A DNA stretch of 64,000 nt from an uncultured Candidatus Saccharibacteria bacterium (GCA_964531785.1 CAZHFF010000001.1:165997-229996), one strand, 5' to 3'; shown: positions 17,292-27,316, numbered from the stretch's first letter. The notes: generated by a model not told the origin, from the letters alone. Numbers and translations: made by a program.

Positions 17292-19991
17292 ATGGTCCCA
17301 TTCAACAATTTCACCGCAAAGGCAAAGGACGCCGTGCGCCGCTCCCACGAGCTGGCGGTCGAGCGTGGCCAGAACCACGTCAATCCGCTCCACCTGCTTG
17401 CAGCGCTCGTGCTCCAGGAAGAGAGCATGGTCTTCTCGATATTGGAGCGGTTGGGTATCGACACGATACAGCTCACCGACAGTATTCTTGATGCGCTCGA
17501 GGCTCCCGACGCAAGCACGGTCCTCAGTCCGAGCTACCAGCTGTACCTCACACCGGAACTTGCACAGGTGCTTGAGAATTCAGGCAAGGTGGCAGCCTCG
17601 ATGAGCGACCAGTACGTCAATACCGAGCACCTGTTCATCGCGATCCTCGATAACCCCGGTCCCGCACGTGACCTCGTGACGCGCTACCAGCTCGAACGCA
17701 ACGCGGTTCTGGCGGTGTTGCAGGAGGTGCGCGATCTTGAGGGGAAGGAGGGTACCCAACCAAAGAAGAGCAGGGCGCTCGCAAAGTACACGCGGTCGCT
17801 CACGCAGCTCGCTGCCGAGAACAAGCTCGACCCGGTCATCGGACGTGATGCCGAGATAACGCGCGTGATACAGATCATCTCGCGCCGCACCAAGAACAAC
17901 CCGATCCTCATCGGCGAAGCCGGGGTCGGTAAGACCGCCATCGCAGAGGGGCTCGCTGTGCGCATGGCCGCAGGCGACGTGCCTGAGAGTATGCGAGGCA
18001 AAGAGCTCGTGTCGCTCGACCTTGGATTGCTCGTGGCGGGTACTAAGTATCGCGGTGAGTTCGAGGAACGGCTGAAGGCCATCATGCGCGAGATCGAACG
18101 CTCCGCAGGCAACATCATTCTATTCATAGACGAGATACACACGATCGTCGGCGCCGGAGCGGCCGAAGGTGCTATGGATGCGTCGAATATGCTGAAGCCG
18201 GCGCTCGCGCGTGGTGAGCTTCGGGTTATCGGGGCTACCACGACCAAGGAATACCAGAAGCACATAGAGCGTGATCCCGCGCTCACTCGTCGATTCCAGC
18301 CTATTTATGTGAACGAACCTTCGCTTGAGGATGCAATGGCGATCTTGCGGGGTCTTCGCGAACGCTACGAGGTGTACCACGGGGTGCGGGTGACCGACGA
18401 TGCGATCGTTGCAGCCGTGCACCTGAGCGCTCGCTATCTCACCGACCGGTTCCTGCCGGACAAGGCCATCGACCTCATAGATGAGGCGGCAAGTGCGCTG
18501 CGGATCTCGCTCGAGAACAAGCCGCCCTTGCTTGAAGAAACGCACCGCAGGATCATGCGGCTCGAGATCGAGCGTGAAGCGCTCCGTAAGGATGCGGAGG
18601 CCGCGCATACGCCTCAGGAGCGCAAGAAAGTATCTTCCCGTCTGAGCGAGATCGAAAAAGAGATAGCGGACCTTCGAGAAAAGACAAAAGAACTTGAGCT
18701 CAAGTGGCGCAATGAAAAGGAAGCGCTGATCGAGATCAAGCGGCTCAAGAAGGAGCTCGAGCACAAACGGGTGTTGGCTGAGAACGCTGAAGCAGCCGCT
18801 GATCTCAGCGCTGCAGCAGAGATACGCTATGGTTCGATACCGAGCCTCGAGGCCGAGCTCGAGCAGAACGTCAAGAAGCTCAAGAAACTGCAAAAGACCC
18901 GCCGCATCCTCAAAGAGGAGATCACGGAAGCCGATATCGCGGATGTGGTGAGCCGTTGGACCGGTGTGCCCGTTGCTCGAATGCTCGAGGAAGAAGCAGA
19001 GAAACTAGCTCGTATGGAGAGCGAGCTCGAGCGTCGGGTCGTTGGTCAGAACGAGGCGGTAAAGAAGATAGCTGATGCGGTTCGCAGGTCGCGAACGGGC
19101 ATAGCCGATCCGAACCGTCCGATCGGTTCGTTCCTGTTCCTTGGACCGACCGGTGTCGGGAAGACCGAGCTCTCCAAAGCGCTCGCAGAGTTCATGTTCG
19201 ACGATGCCAAAGCGCTCGTGCGCGTTGATATGAGCGAGTATATGGAGCGTCACAGTGTCTCTAAGATCATCGGTGCCCCGGCTGGGTATGTTGGTTATGA
19301 AGAGGGCGGCAACCTGACCGAACTCGTGCGCCACCGGCCGTACTCCGTGCTGCTTTTTGATGAAGTGGAGAAGGCGCACCCGGAGGTGTTCAACATCCTC
19401 CTCCAGGTCCTCGACAACGGCCACCTGACCGACGCCAAGGGGCGCACGGTGAACTTCAAGAACACGGTGATCATCTTGACCTCGAACATCGGTGCGGAAC
19501 ACATCGACCGCATGAGCCGCATGGGCTTCAGCAGCGATACGAGCGAGGGCGCTGACTACGAGGCTGCCAAGAGCAAGGTAATGGACTCGCTCAAGAACTT
19601 CTTCCGTCCCGAGTTCTTGAACCGACTCGACGAGATCATCCTGTTCAACATCTTAAAGCCCGAGTTCATTCGGGAGATAGCGGGCATGCAGATCGACATC
19701 GTGGTGAAACGGCTCGCACAGAAGGGCATAACGCTCAAGGTGACCGATGAGGCGCTCGCCTACCTCGCAAAGGAAGGCTACGATCCGCACTACGGCGCAC
19801 GCCCGATGAAACGCTTGATACAGAACAAGATACTGACCCCGGTCGCGAGCATGATCGTCACGAACGGAGTGAGCGAGGGCGGTGCGATCGCGGTCGATCT
19901 GAAGGGAGAGGACTTCGTGTTCGACGTCAAGAAGGGGCGAGGCAAAGCGAAACTTTCCAACATCAAGCCCTACGAGGTCGTCGAGGCATAA
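17292..19991 (+). CDS. clpB: ATP-dependent chaperone ClpB
   Basis: 899 aa. Clp_N repeats, two AAA+ modules ([10 protein letters not shown] and [10 protein letters not shown]) and a long coiled-coil middle domain. Confidence 0.95.
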   Translation: MVPFNNFTAKAKDAVRRSHELAVERGQNHVNPLHLLAALVLQEESMVFSILERLGIDTIQLTDSILDALEAPDASTVLSPSYQLYLTPELAQVLENSGKVAASMSDQYVNTEHLFIAILDNPGPARDLVTRYQLERNAVLAVLQEVRDLEGKEGTQPKKSRALAKYTRSLTQLAAENKLDPVIGRDAEITRVIQIISRRTKNNPILIGEAGVGKTAIAEGLAVRMAAGDVPESMRGKELVSLDLGLLVAGTKYRGEFEERLKAIMREIERSAGNIILFIDEIHTIVGAGAAEGAMDASNMLKPALARGELRVIGATTTKEYQKHIERDPALTRRFQPIYVNEPSLEDAMAILRGLRERYEVYHGVRVTDDAIVAAVHLSARYLTDRFLPDKAIDLIDEAASALRISLENKPPLLEETHRRIMRLEIEREALRKDAEAAHTPQERKKVSSRLSEIEKEIADLREKTKELELKWRNEKEALIEIKRLKKELEHKRVLAENAEAAADLSAAAEIRYGSIPSLEAELEQNVKKLKKLQKTRRILKEEITEADIADVVSRWTGVPVARMLEEEAEKLARMESELERRVVGQNEAVKKIADAVRRSRTGIADPNRPIGSFLFLGPTGVGKTELSKALAEFMFDDAKALVRVDMSEYMERHSVSKIIGAPAGYVGYEEGGNLTELVRHRPYSVLLFDEVEKAHPEVFNILLQVLDNGHLTDAKGRTVNFKNTVIILTSNIGAEHIDRMSRMGFSSDTSEGADYEAAKSKVMDSLKNFFRPEFLNRLDEIILFNILKPEFIREIAGMQIDIVVKRLAQKGITLKVTDEALAYLAKEGYDPHYGARPMKRLIQNKILTPVASMIVTNGVSEGGAIAVDLKGEDFVFDVKKGRGKAKLSNIKPYEVVEA

Positions 19992-20008
19992 CGGGCGATG
20001 AAACAGGC

Positions 20009-20034
20009 AAGGGGCACCATGTGAGGCGCCCCTT
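20009..20034. terminator. hairpin between convergent clpB and downstream gene
   Basis: AAGGGGCACC atgtga GGCGCCCCTT; 10-bp stem with one mismatch. Confidence 0.5.
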
Positions 20035-20045
20035 CTCGCTAGTTC

Positions 20046-20609
20046 TTAGAGGTCGACGTCCTCCTTTTCTTGCTTGAGGCCCTTCAGGACCTCAAGCATA
20101 CGCTGTAGTGTTTCGACCGAATCGGCATCGATCAGGTCGAAACGCTTCGTCTCGGCCTCGAGCCGCGCACAGAGCGCCGACGGACGGGCTTCACAGTCTT
20201 CCTGCGTGTGCCACGCAAGAAGGTAGCCTATGCGAGCGTCAGCGCCCTGCTTGAGGCTCTCGGCCCCTAGACGGGCCAGGAACTGTGCATCCTCCGCAAT
20301 GGTCTCCCGTGCCTCTGGGGATTCATCTGAAAGTCGTGCAAGCTCGTTCCCCACGTAGCTCGTCAGCACGTAGCCGACCATGGTCACGCTGTACGCGTGC
20401 TCGCGGAGCTCGTTCAGCTCGGCTTCCTCATGTGGCTGCGAAAGTGCCGCCGCCCGTAGGTCAGCGAATTTTTCGAGCTGCGCTTTGGTGAGACCTGCCA
20501 GGAGCTCCTTGGCGATCTCTTCGATAGGCGGGCGTTCATTTGCTGCGACCGACCCTTGGCTAAGGCCGAGGAAAAGGACACAGACGATAAGCAGCAGAAA
20601 TCTTTTCAT
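20046..20609 (-). CDS. hypothetical secreted protein
   Basis: Signal peptide MKRFLLLIVCVLFLGLSQGSVAA; GGAGGG lies upstream of the ATG. No family recognised. Confidence 0.55.
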   Translation of the reverse strand: MKRFLLLIVCVLFLGLSQGSVAANERPPIEEIAKELLAGLTKAQLEKFADLRAAALSQPHEEAELNELREHAYSVTMVGYVLTSYVGNELARLSDESPEARETIAEDAQFLARLGAESLKQGADARIGYLLAWHTQEDCEARPSALCARLEAETKRFDLIDADSVETLQRMLEVLKGLKQEKEDVDL

Positions 20610-20689
20610 GAGAACCCTCCATTGTTTGACAGACTGTCTGTGGTGATACCACAAAACAGTATATACGTCAAGCAAACGTGGAAAGGAAT

Positions 20690-20716
20690 ATGCGGCACAG
20701 GCCTGCTGTGCCGCAT
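20690..20716 (-). terminator. 11-bp hairpin after the 20723..21298 gene
   Basis: ATGCGGCACAG gcctg CTGTGCCGCAT, immediately 3' of the stop on the minus strand. Confidence 0.55.
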
Positions 20717-20722
20717 TCCGCT

Positions 20723-21298
20723 CTAGTGCTGGGTCATGTGTTCCAGTTCTACGAAGACCAAGACATTATTGCCAGCCAGTAGGGTAAGATCGTGGACTCG
20801 GTTCACGAGCTCGTCCTCGGACGGGACCGGGTGACCGTCAGCGTGTCGATCGGACTGACGTGCACAGAGCGTGCGATAGCGCTGCCACGCAGCAAGTCCT
20901 TCGGTCGCATGGCGGTATGCGGTAATGGCAAGTGCCATCGTCTCCGTGTCGTACCGTACATGCTCATCTACGAGGCGCCGGGCCAGGTCAAGTTCGAGCG
21001 GTAGGATCCGGAGCCGAGTAACAGCATACAAGCTAAGTGCATAGGCAAGTGCCAACGTCTCGTAGGCGACCTCGCGCTTGCGATTCAGCACAAGCTTGCG
21101 GTGCGGCGTCACAGCCGCAAGACGGTCGAGGTTCTGGACAAGCTCACGTTGTTCAGGGTGCAGCTGGCCTAAGAGCTGGGTGAGCAGCTCACGGTACAGT
21201 TTCCGTTGGCGCCGGTAGTTCCACTCGCGCCATACTGCAGTTGCGAACCAAAAGACGAGAGCATAGGTGAGAATCGTTCGAAGCACGCATGCCTCCAC
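20723..21298 (-). CDS. hypothetical membrane-anchored protein
   Basis: 191-aa ORF with N-terminal TM segment (ILTYALVFWFATAVW). No family recognised. Confidence 0.5.
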   Translation of the reverse strand: MEACVLRTILTYALVFWFATAVWREWNYRRQRKLYRELLTQLLGQLHPEQRELVQNLDRLAAVTPHRKLVLNRKREVAYETLALAYALSLYAVTRLRILPLELDLARRLVDEHVRYDTETMALAITAYRHATEGLAAWQRYRTLCARQSDRHADGHPVPSEDELVNRVHDLTLLAGNNVLVFVELEHMTQH

Positions 21299-21532
21299 AG
21301 GTCATCTTTTTGCAGAATAGACCCGGGCATGAACCGCGTCAAATGATCCGTGCTGACCAGGCAGTGGTCGTGCTCAAGCATGGCAGGTATAGTTCAACAC
21401 CTGTGCGCCGGGCAGGATCCGTTCCTTACAGGAACGGTACATGTTTCGGAACTCACTTCGCCCTGTCGGGCTCGAAACGATAACCTCAACATCTTCGAAT
21501 CCCTCACGCGAGCAAAGCAGTTTGCTCGCTCT

Positions 21533-21582
21533 GGCGCACAAATGAAAAAGCCCCACAAGGGGGACTTCTTCATTTGTGCGCC
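21533..21582. other. long imperfect hairpin (about 21 bp) at left edge of AT-richer island
   Basis: GGCGCACAAATGAA (21533-21546) pairs perfectly with TTCATTTGTGCGCC (21569-21582). Inner CCCC/GGGG stem. Confidence 0.6.
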
Positions 21583-21692
21583 GAACTGGAGGCGGTTAGA
21601 CACCAGTATTTAGCGTTTGCGATGTGATGTAATGAATCGGTTGGAAAGAATGAGTCAATTTATTGTAGTATCCTTAAATCAAAGTGAGGAAA

Positions 21693-21724
21693 CAAAAAAC
21701 GGATCGACTTTGGTTCCGATCCGT
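21693..21724 (-). terminator. rho-independent terminator of glycosyltransferase gene
   Basis: Minus strand reads ACGGATCGgaaccaaagtCGATCCGTTTTTTG, 14 nt after the stop. Confidence 0.7.
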
Positions 21725-21737
21725 CTATGCCAAGGCA

Positions 21738-22961
21738 TTATAAGCGCTCTTGGATTTTGTTCAGTTGCAACGCGACCTCATTGCGTACCCAAGCCGAATA
21801 CAGACTGGCATCGAAGCACATTTCGGGCGGCAGGCACGGCGTTTCCCGAACTCTGTCAGCAAAAGCCCGCATGGCTTCGGCTAGGCTTTCGCCGTTGATC
21901 GCGCCATTTGTTGACTGTGGCACGACCATTATAGTTGTGCCGTCTTGCAGGAGCGGCTGCACGTTCGGTTTTTCGACAACCTCCCGTGTCGTTAAGAGCA
22001 TCCGTCCGCAACTGTTGACCTCAAGTGGGATGCCAGGGGTATGGAATTGGACGCGAAAGCGATTCTCCAAAAATAACATCCCATGGCAACTCCGTATAAA
22101 GGACGGTACACGCCAGTGCGGAATGAAATGCCTGACAGTGAGCATGCTCTTTCCGTCCACTTCCTTGGTGAGGCCATGATCCTCTGCCTGTTGGAGTACC
22201 TCCGGCAAACCTCGGCCACCCCACAGTGCATGTATCGAGAGGTTTACGCCCTCTTTTCTCAAGCGCACAAGTGCATCAAGGAGCGCCTGTGTCCCTTTCA
22301 TGGGACCGACTTTGCCGTAAATTCCCAGTATCACTCCGTGTTCCGAAGGCAACTCGCCGTTGGTTGTCGGATAGAAAACATCTCCTGGCAACCGCGGCGT
22401 TTTCGGCTCCATGATGCAATCAGGCGCAACGTTTCGTTCAATGAGATACGAGTGATGCACGCTGCGGGAGAAGACAAACATTGCTTTACGGAATACCTCG
22501 CGATAGAGGCATTCAAGTTGGGGTGTCTGCATTAGTCGCCCGATGTCGCTTCCCGCATGGCGCACCGTGTACGGCACACCCGTCATCATGGACAGCATAA
22601 GTGCCGCAACGCCATATGGCTCTAGGTAGTAGCTCCAGATGACATCCGGCTTTACTTCCTCGATGAGCCGCAAGCCGATTCCGACGAGTTTTGATATTGT
22701 CGGATTGTTTGCGGGCACATACACATGGCGGCGATCAGCATGCGTACTCACGACGGTGATGGCGTTCTGAAGGCGATACCCGCAAAGCAGGGGCATGTCT
22801 TCTTCATTGAGTGTAATGCGGTAGGCAGGCTCCACTTCATCCGCGTTGGTGAGCACGGTTACATGATGTCCCAACTCGGCAAAAACTTGTGCGGTCCAGT
22901 ACGTATCGGCGCTTACGCCGCCCTGAATCGGCGGATATTTGCCGATCATCAGAATGCGCAT
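21738..22961 (-). CDS. glycosyltransferase (GT4-like, GT-B fold)
   Basis: MRILMIGKYPPIQGGVS N-terminus typical of GT4/GT1 enzymes, 407 aa from this start. The ORF extends to 23132. Confidence 0.75.
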   Translation of the reverse strand: MRILMIGKYPPIQGGVSADTYWTAQVFAELGHHVTVLTNADEVEPAYRITLNEEDMPLLCGYRLQNAITVVSTHADRRHVYVPANNPTISKLVGIGLRLIEEVKPDVIWSYYLEPYGVAALMLSMMTGVPYTVRHAGSDIGRLMQTPQLECLYREVFRKAMFVFSRSVHHSYLIERNVAPDCIMEPKTPRLPGDVFYPTTNGELPSEHGVILGIYGKVGPMKGTQALLDALVRLRKEGVNLSIHALWGGRGLPEVLQQAEDHGLTKEVDGKSMLTVRHFIPHWRVPSFIRSCHGMLFLENRFRVQFHTPGIPLEVNSCGRMLLTTREVVEKPNVQPLLQDGTTIMVVPQSTNGAINGESLAEAMRAFADRVRETPCLPPEMCFDASLYSAWVRNEVALQLNKIQERL

Positions 22962-23005
22962 GATGCATTTCCTTTCAGTGTGTTTCAAGATGCTTAAACC
23001 CCGTT

Positions 23006-23039
23006 CATATTGACTTAAAATAGTATTTATGTCAATATG
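23006..23039. promoter_or_regulatory. 9-bp perfect inverted repeat in divergent promoter region
   Basis: CATATTGAC-N16-GTCAATATG lies between the glycosyltransferase and the GRDP-like gene. It overlaps TTGACT and TATTTAT promoter-like hexamers. Confidence 0.45.
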
Positions 23040-23091
23040 TAGCGGGAACAGGAGTTTATTGTTCTCTTGCAACTGGTAAGGATACCGGCTC

Positions 23092-23610
23092 ATGATAGTG
23101 ACGGAAACAGCACAGCACGACCTCGCAGGCACGCCCGTTCATGCCAAAGCCCTGTTTGAACAGGTCATGAAGTATGAACACCCGACGCTCGTTGCACGTG
23201 TCGCCCGCGAAATGGGCATCTCAGCCGAGGACGCCCACGCACTGTTCGAGGATACCAAACGGTTCCTCTTTCTGTGCGGGACCAATCCCGACGGGAGATG
23301 GGGACCGAGCCAGCGCATTGATAAGTGCTGGCATTACTTCATCCTCGATACGCGTACGTATCGCGACTTTTGCAACAGGTTCTTCGGGCAATTTATTCAC
23401 CACCGCTCGAACGACCCGTCGGAGCAGAAGGACGTGATGCGTCCGAGGCGGACACTCGCACTCGCAAAGCAGCTTTTCGGCAATCTTTCCGAGAACTGGC
23501 GATATGAGAACGAGAAGGGTGTCCCTGTACTCGGTCCAGGCATTGTCGAGGCCGTCGGCTCGGTGGGTCCATGTGACAGCTGTGGTTGCTCGCCCTGCGA
23601 TCCATCCTAA
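23092..23610 (+). CDS. hypothetical protein, GRDP-like (DUF1399-type CWHxFILDTxxYxxFC motif), Cys-rich C-terminus
   Basis: KCWHYFILDTRTYRDFCNRFFGQFIHH resembles the glycine-rich-domain-protein-like family. The protein ends CDSCGCSPCDPS. An alternative start is at 23167. Confidence 0.55.
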   Translation: MIVTETAQHDLAGTPVHAKALFEQVMKYEHPTLVARVAREMGISAEDAHALFEDTKRFLFLCGTNPDGRWGPSQRIDKCWHYFILDTRTYRDFCNRFFGQFIHHRSNDPSEQKDVMRPRRTLALAKQLFGNLSENWRYENEKGVPVLGPGIVEAVGSVGPCDSCGCSPCDPS

Positions 23611-23657
23611 CCACGACACTTTGAACAACTGGGAGGAGCCGAAAGACTCCTCCCTCA

Positions 23658-24008
23658 TTGCTCTCGCAAGATACGGGACAAGGAATGGTACCAATGACAA
23701 AATGGAAAATTCACCGCCCGATTCTTACCACAGCAATGCTGAAAGGTTATTTCGGGAAGATTGCACGCGGCTGGCCATTTGAGGAAATGTATGACGAAGG
23801 ACCAACCTCGTCAGTGTTCGGCCAGGACATGTACCGGCTCAATGAAGGTCCTATTGACGTGCGTCATCAGGAGCATTCTGAAAACCTCATCGAGGACCTT
23901 ACAGTTGTGGACGCTGAAGATCTAAGCAAAGACGAATGCGCCGGTGACGAAGCCGATGTGTGGATAAAAAGCAAGGAAACAAAAAAGGACACTGGAGGGG
24001 GCGGGTGA
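23658..24008 (+). CDS. hypothetical acidic protein
   Basis: 116-aa ORF; the likely start is ATG 23694, after AAGGA. No family recognised. Confidence 0.4.
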   Translation: MLSQDTGQGMVPMTKWKIHRPILTTAMLKGYFGKIARGWPFEEMYDEGPTSSVFGQDMYRLNEGPIDVRHQEHSENLIEDLTVVDAEDLSKDECAGDEADVWIKSKETKKDTGGGG

Positions 24009-24023
24009 TGACCGTCCCTTTTT

Positions 24024-24800
24024 TTATATCCCCAGCTTCTCTTTGAAGAATGGCAAAATACGCCCTTTCGTATGTAGTGGTCCGGACAGGTGATGGCCTG
24101 CGTTTGGCACAAGGATAAGATCATGCGCTTTGCCGAGTACCGTCAGCCGCTCACCAAGAAGGTGTGCCTGCTCTGGCGACGTCGTCTCGTCGAGTTCTCC
24201 GTGGATGATGCGAAGCGGACATGCAAGGCTTTCCATGTCCGTGACCGAAGTGCGGTCTTGGTATGCGTCAGGTGTGCCACCCGTTTCGTGTACGATGTTT
24301 TCAACAATATCTTTCGGCTTGCTGTCTCGTGTCGCTTCCTTCGCAAAATCGTAGGTGCCTGCTTGGACTATAGCCGCTTTCAAAAGTTCGGGATGTCGCA
24401 CAGCTAAAAGTGCGGTGACCGTTGCGCCGCGTGAGATGCCCCACATGCCGATGCGTGATGCGTCAATCCCGTCAAACGCGCTTACTTCTTTCATCAGGCT
24501 TGCGATCATCTCGACAGTCTTCGGGCCGCAGTAATCCCGTGTGCCTTTCGAGCCACCAAACCCAAGCTGTGAAGGCAGAAGGACTGCAAATCCTTCTTTG
24601 AGTAAACGCTGCGCTGGAAAGATGAGCTCCCATGCGCCGAACCTGTTAAAACCGTGCAAGAAGACAATAAGGGGGTATGGCCCGGCCTTTACCGAGACAG
24701 GTGTGAGTAACAGCCCCTCTTGTTCAAGATCGTCGTCTTTGAGGGTGATACGCTTGATGGAGATGTCTTCGATATTGGTCATAGAATGATATTTTATCAC
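24024..24800 (-). CDS. alpha/beta hydrolase (dienelactone hydrolase / S9 peptidase-like)
   Basis: Nucleophile elbow GISRGA, a C-terminal GELD..H pattern, and an HGF oxyanion region. Confidence 0.8.
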   Translation of the reverse strand: MIKYHSMTNIEDISIKRITLKDDDLEQEGLLLTPVSVKAGPYPLIVFLHGFNRFGAWELIFPAQRLLKEGFAVLLPSQLGFGGSKGTRDYCGPKTVEMIASLMKEVSAFDGIDASRIGMWGISRGATVTALLAVRHPELLKAAIVQAGTYDFAKEATRDSKPKDIVENIVHETGGTPDAYQDRTSVTDMESLACPLRIIHGELDETTSPEQAHLLGERLTVLGKAHDLILVPNAGHHLSGPLHTKGRILPFFKEKLGI

Positions 24801-24971
24801 GGATTAGGCTTTCTGTGGATTTCGCCGTTGGCTTTGCTTGGACACTGCAAGTTGGTGTTGTGATCTTTTGACTGTCAATGTAAGTAAGGTTACTGTCAGG
24901 ACAGGGTAGTGCAAAGCGAGTATTGCAGGCAAAAAGTTGCGATAGGTGATAAGATATGGTATAATCACATC

Positions 24972-25697
24972 ATGTCAACCCCCACCACTATCTACCTCAT
25001 CCGCCACGCGCAATCAGAAATGAACGTGCAGAATCACTTGATCGGGGGACGGAGCACGGAGACGCCGCTGACCGAGAAAGGAATCGAACAAGCCCGGACA
25101 CTGGGGCGTTTTTTATTGCGAGAGAGGATTACGCCATCACATGTGCTCTCGTCTCCTGCCGTGCGGACCCGCGAGACTGCCCGGCATGCTCTTGCGGAAA
25201 TGGGCGTTTTGTGTGATCTCTCTATACACGACGATCTCCACGAAATGGGACAGGGACAGTGGGTGGGGAGGCCGCGGGCGGAGGTGTACACCGATGCGGT
25301 AAAGGCAGACATAGCGAGACTTGGCAAAGACTTCAAGCTCGACGGGGGAGAGTCAATGAACGAGGTAGGTTTGCGTATGCTCAACTATCTCACCGCGAAT
25401 ATGAGCGACAATCCCGGTGACGAACCATTGACGTATCTCGTGTTCACCCACGGTCTCGCTATTCGCTGTCTCGTCTCGCATCTCTTTGATTGGACGCACG
25501 AACAGACGTTTACGACATCCACACCCAACACTTCCGTTACGCGCCTTTCATATGGTGGAAAACGGTGGAATCTGGACTACTTTGCCCGGGTGCCTGAACC
25601 GGATACCAACTTTAAAACAACGACAGAAGAAAAACTTCACCGCATGCTCAATGAGGCGCTGGAAGAGGAAAGGCGGGTACAGGGGGAGGGACTTTGA
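24972..25697 (+). CDS. histidine phosphatase family protein (phosphoglycerate mutase-like)
   Basis: IYLIRHAQSEMN (RHG motif) and a later FTHG motif. TGGTATAAT 24957-24965 lies 6 nt before the ATG. Confidence 0.85.
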   Translation: MSTPTTIYLIRHAQSEMNVQNHLIGGRSTETPLTEKGIEQARTLGRFLLRERITPSHVLSSPAVRTRETARHALAEMGVLCDLSIHDDLHEMGQGQWVGRPRAEVYTDAVKADIARLGKDFKLDGGESMNEVGLRMLNYLTANMSDNPGDEPLTYLVFTHGLAIRCLVSHLFDWTHEQTFTTSTPNTSVTRLSYGGKRWNLDYFARVPEPDTNFKTTTEEKLHRMLNEALEEERRVQGEGL

Positions 25698-25699
25698 GC

Positions 25700-25960
25700 T
25701 GCTGTTAAATGTATCAGATCACCCAGTGGGGGTGTGTGATCGCTTCAACAAAGCGGGGAATCAGGAGAAACGAGAGATACTCGGACTACTAGGTTCGACA
25801 CCCGAGCTTTTCGACAAAAAACTGCGCATTGTGGTGCCAAATGAGCTGTTGGGGTTCAAAAATGTGTACGAAAAGTTAGGTGACGATTTAGGAAGGTTCG
25901 ACACCAAGAAAGCCCTTGATATACAAGGACTTTCCGGGCAAAAGCGTGCTACTTTTACAA
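25700..25960 (+). pseudogene. C-terminal relic of a large serine recombinase-type gene, abutting tRNA-Tyr
   Basis: The frame reads FNKAGNQEKREILGLLGSTPELFDKKLRIVVPNELL, the tail pattern I recall from recombinase-family proteins. No start codon or catalytic domain is present. It runs into the 3' end of the tRNA. Confidence 0.45.
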
Positions 25961-25965
25961 ACCTG

Positions 25966-26048
25966 TGCGCCGGGAGGGATTCGAACCCCCGTAGGCCGAA
26001 GCCGTTTGGTTTACAGCCAAATGCAATTGACCACTCTGCCACCGACGC
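25966..26048 (-). tRNA. tRNA-Tyr (anticodon GTA)
   Basis: Acceptor GCGTCGG/CCGGCGC (one U-G pair), anticodon arm TTTGG-CTGTAAA-CCAAA, long variable arm, T loop TTCGAAT. Confidence 0.85.
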
Positions 26049-26116
26049 ATGCTACAAGCACAGATACTAACACGTCGTTCATGTACACGTAAAGGAGCGC
26101 CTGGTACGATACAGCT

Positions 26117-27316
26117 ATGCTCCAGAAGCTGCTCGGTGCTTCGTTTCGTAGTACACTTCCGCTCTTTGTTGTGCTCGCTCTGTTCATGCCCCATCTCGGT
26201 TTGGCTGGAGGAGGAGCATCGCCTGGTCTTGTGCCGTGCGGTAACGAGGTCAGGACCGAACGCATCGGTGACCAGATCTGTACGATCGACGAGTGCGCGA
26301 CCTGCGACCTCCTCCGCCTCGCCCAGAACATCATCAACTTCTTCGTTCTCATCAGTGTCGTCGTTGCGACCCTGCTCTTCGTGAACGCCGGCGTGCTCTA
26401 CCTTGGGGCGAGCGCGAACCCTGGCAATGTCTCGCGAGCGCACAAGATATTCATTAACACGGTGATCGGCCTCATCATCGTGCTTGCGTCGTGGCTCGTG
26501 ATCGATGTCATCATGAAGACATTGGCGCACCAGTCAGGGCCGTACAGTGGCCCGTGGGACGGGATACTCTGCAACGCTGAGTCGAACATGAACTGCGTGC
26601 CCGTCCTGGAGGGGATCGTCGTCGACCTGATCGGCGAACCGTTCGTTTCCCATGGAGTGGGTCCGGGGTGGAGCCCTGCGGACCAAACGGTGCCGATCGA
26701 TGGTACGGCGCCGACCCTGCGTGACACGGCCATAACGAAAGCGGCACAGAATTTGACCAACAATTGCCAGGTGTACGGTGGCGCGAGCTGCAGGGATGCG
26801 ATCATCGCAGAAGCGCAACGCCAAGGGGTCGACCCGGCGTTCGCGTTCGCGTTGGCACAGATCGAATCAGGCGGCTGTGCGAACCCCGCCACCTGCCGTT
26901 CAGGCGTGGGAGCGGTCGGTGTGATCCAGATCATGCCTGCGACGGGGCGCGAGCTCTGTGGCGCACCATGCGCAGGATTCTCGAACGAGCAAATGGTCGC
27001 TTACCTCCAGGACCCCCAGAAGAACATCGAGCTTGGTGTTAAGCTCATGCAACAGGCACAGACCAACCCACGCATAGCAGAGCTTGCGGGCGATGACCCG
27101 GTCGAACGCATGCGTCAGACCGCGGCTTTTTACAACGGAGGCAACGGAGCGCTTGCTCCGAGCAATGACTGCGGGCCGACCGTCACGAAGTGGGAGTGTA
27201 ATATCAACCCGGGTGGGTATGTTGAAACGCAGCGGTACGTCGCGAACATGCTCAAGATCATGGGCGAGGCGCAGCCGAGCGTTGACCGCGATACCGGGCT
27301 CCCGATAGGTGCATAG
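26117..27316 (+). CDS. pilin-like (LVPCG-type, T4SS-pilin-like) N-terminal module fused to lytic transglycosylase (SLT) domain
   Basis: Signal peptide, GGGA, then LVPCGN..CT..C..CDLLRLAQNIINF and two TM helices. The C-terminal SLT region has LAQIESGG and GVIQIMP. Confidence 0.8.
   Translation: MLQKLLGASFRSTLPLFVVLALFMPHLGLAGGGASPGLVPCGNEVRTERIGDQICTIDECATCDLLRLAQNIINFFVLISVVVATLLFVNAGVLYLGASANPGNVSRAHKIFINTVIGLIIVLASWLVIDVIMKTLAHQSGPYSGPWDGILCNAESNMNCVPVLEGIVVDLIGEPFVSHGVGPGWSPADQTVPIDGTAPTLRDTAITKAAQNLTNNCQVYGGASCRDAIIAEAQRQGVDPAFAFALAQIESGGCANPATCRSGVGAVGVIQIMPATGRELCGAPCAGFSNEQMVAYLQDPQKNIELGVKLMQQAQTNPRIAELAGDDPVERMRQTAAFYNGGNGALAPSNDCGPTVTKWECNINPGGYVETQRYVANMLKIMGEAQPSVDRDTGLPIGA
26300..26616 (+). 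repeat. 317-bp tract identical to 27539-27855
   Basis: I compared the two tracts base by base and found them identical. Flanks diverge abruptly on both sides. Confidence 0.95.
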
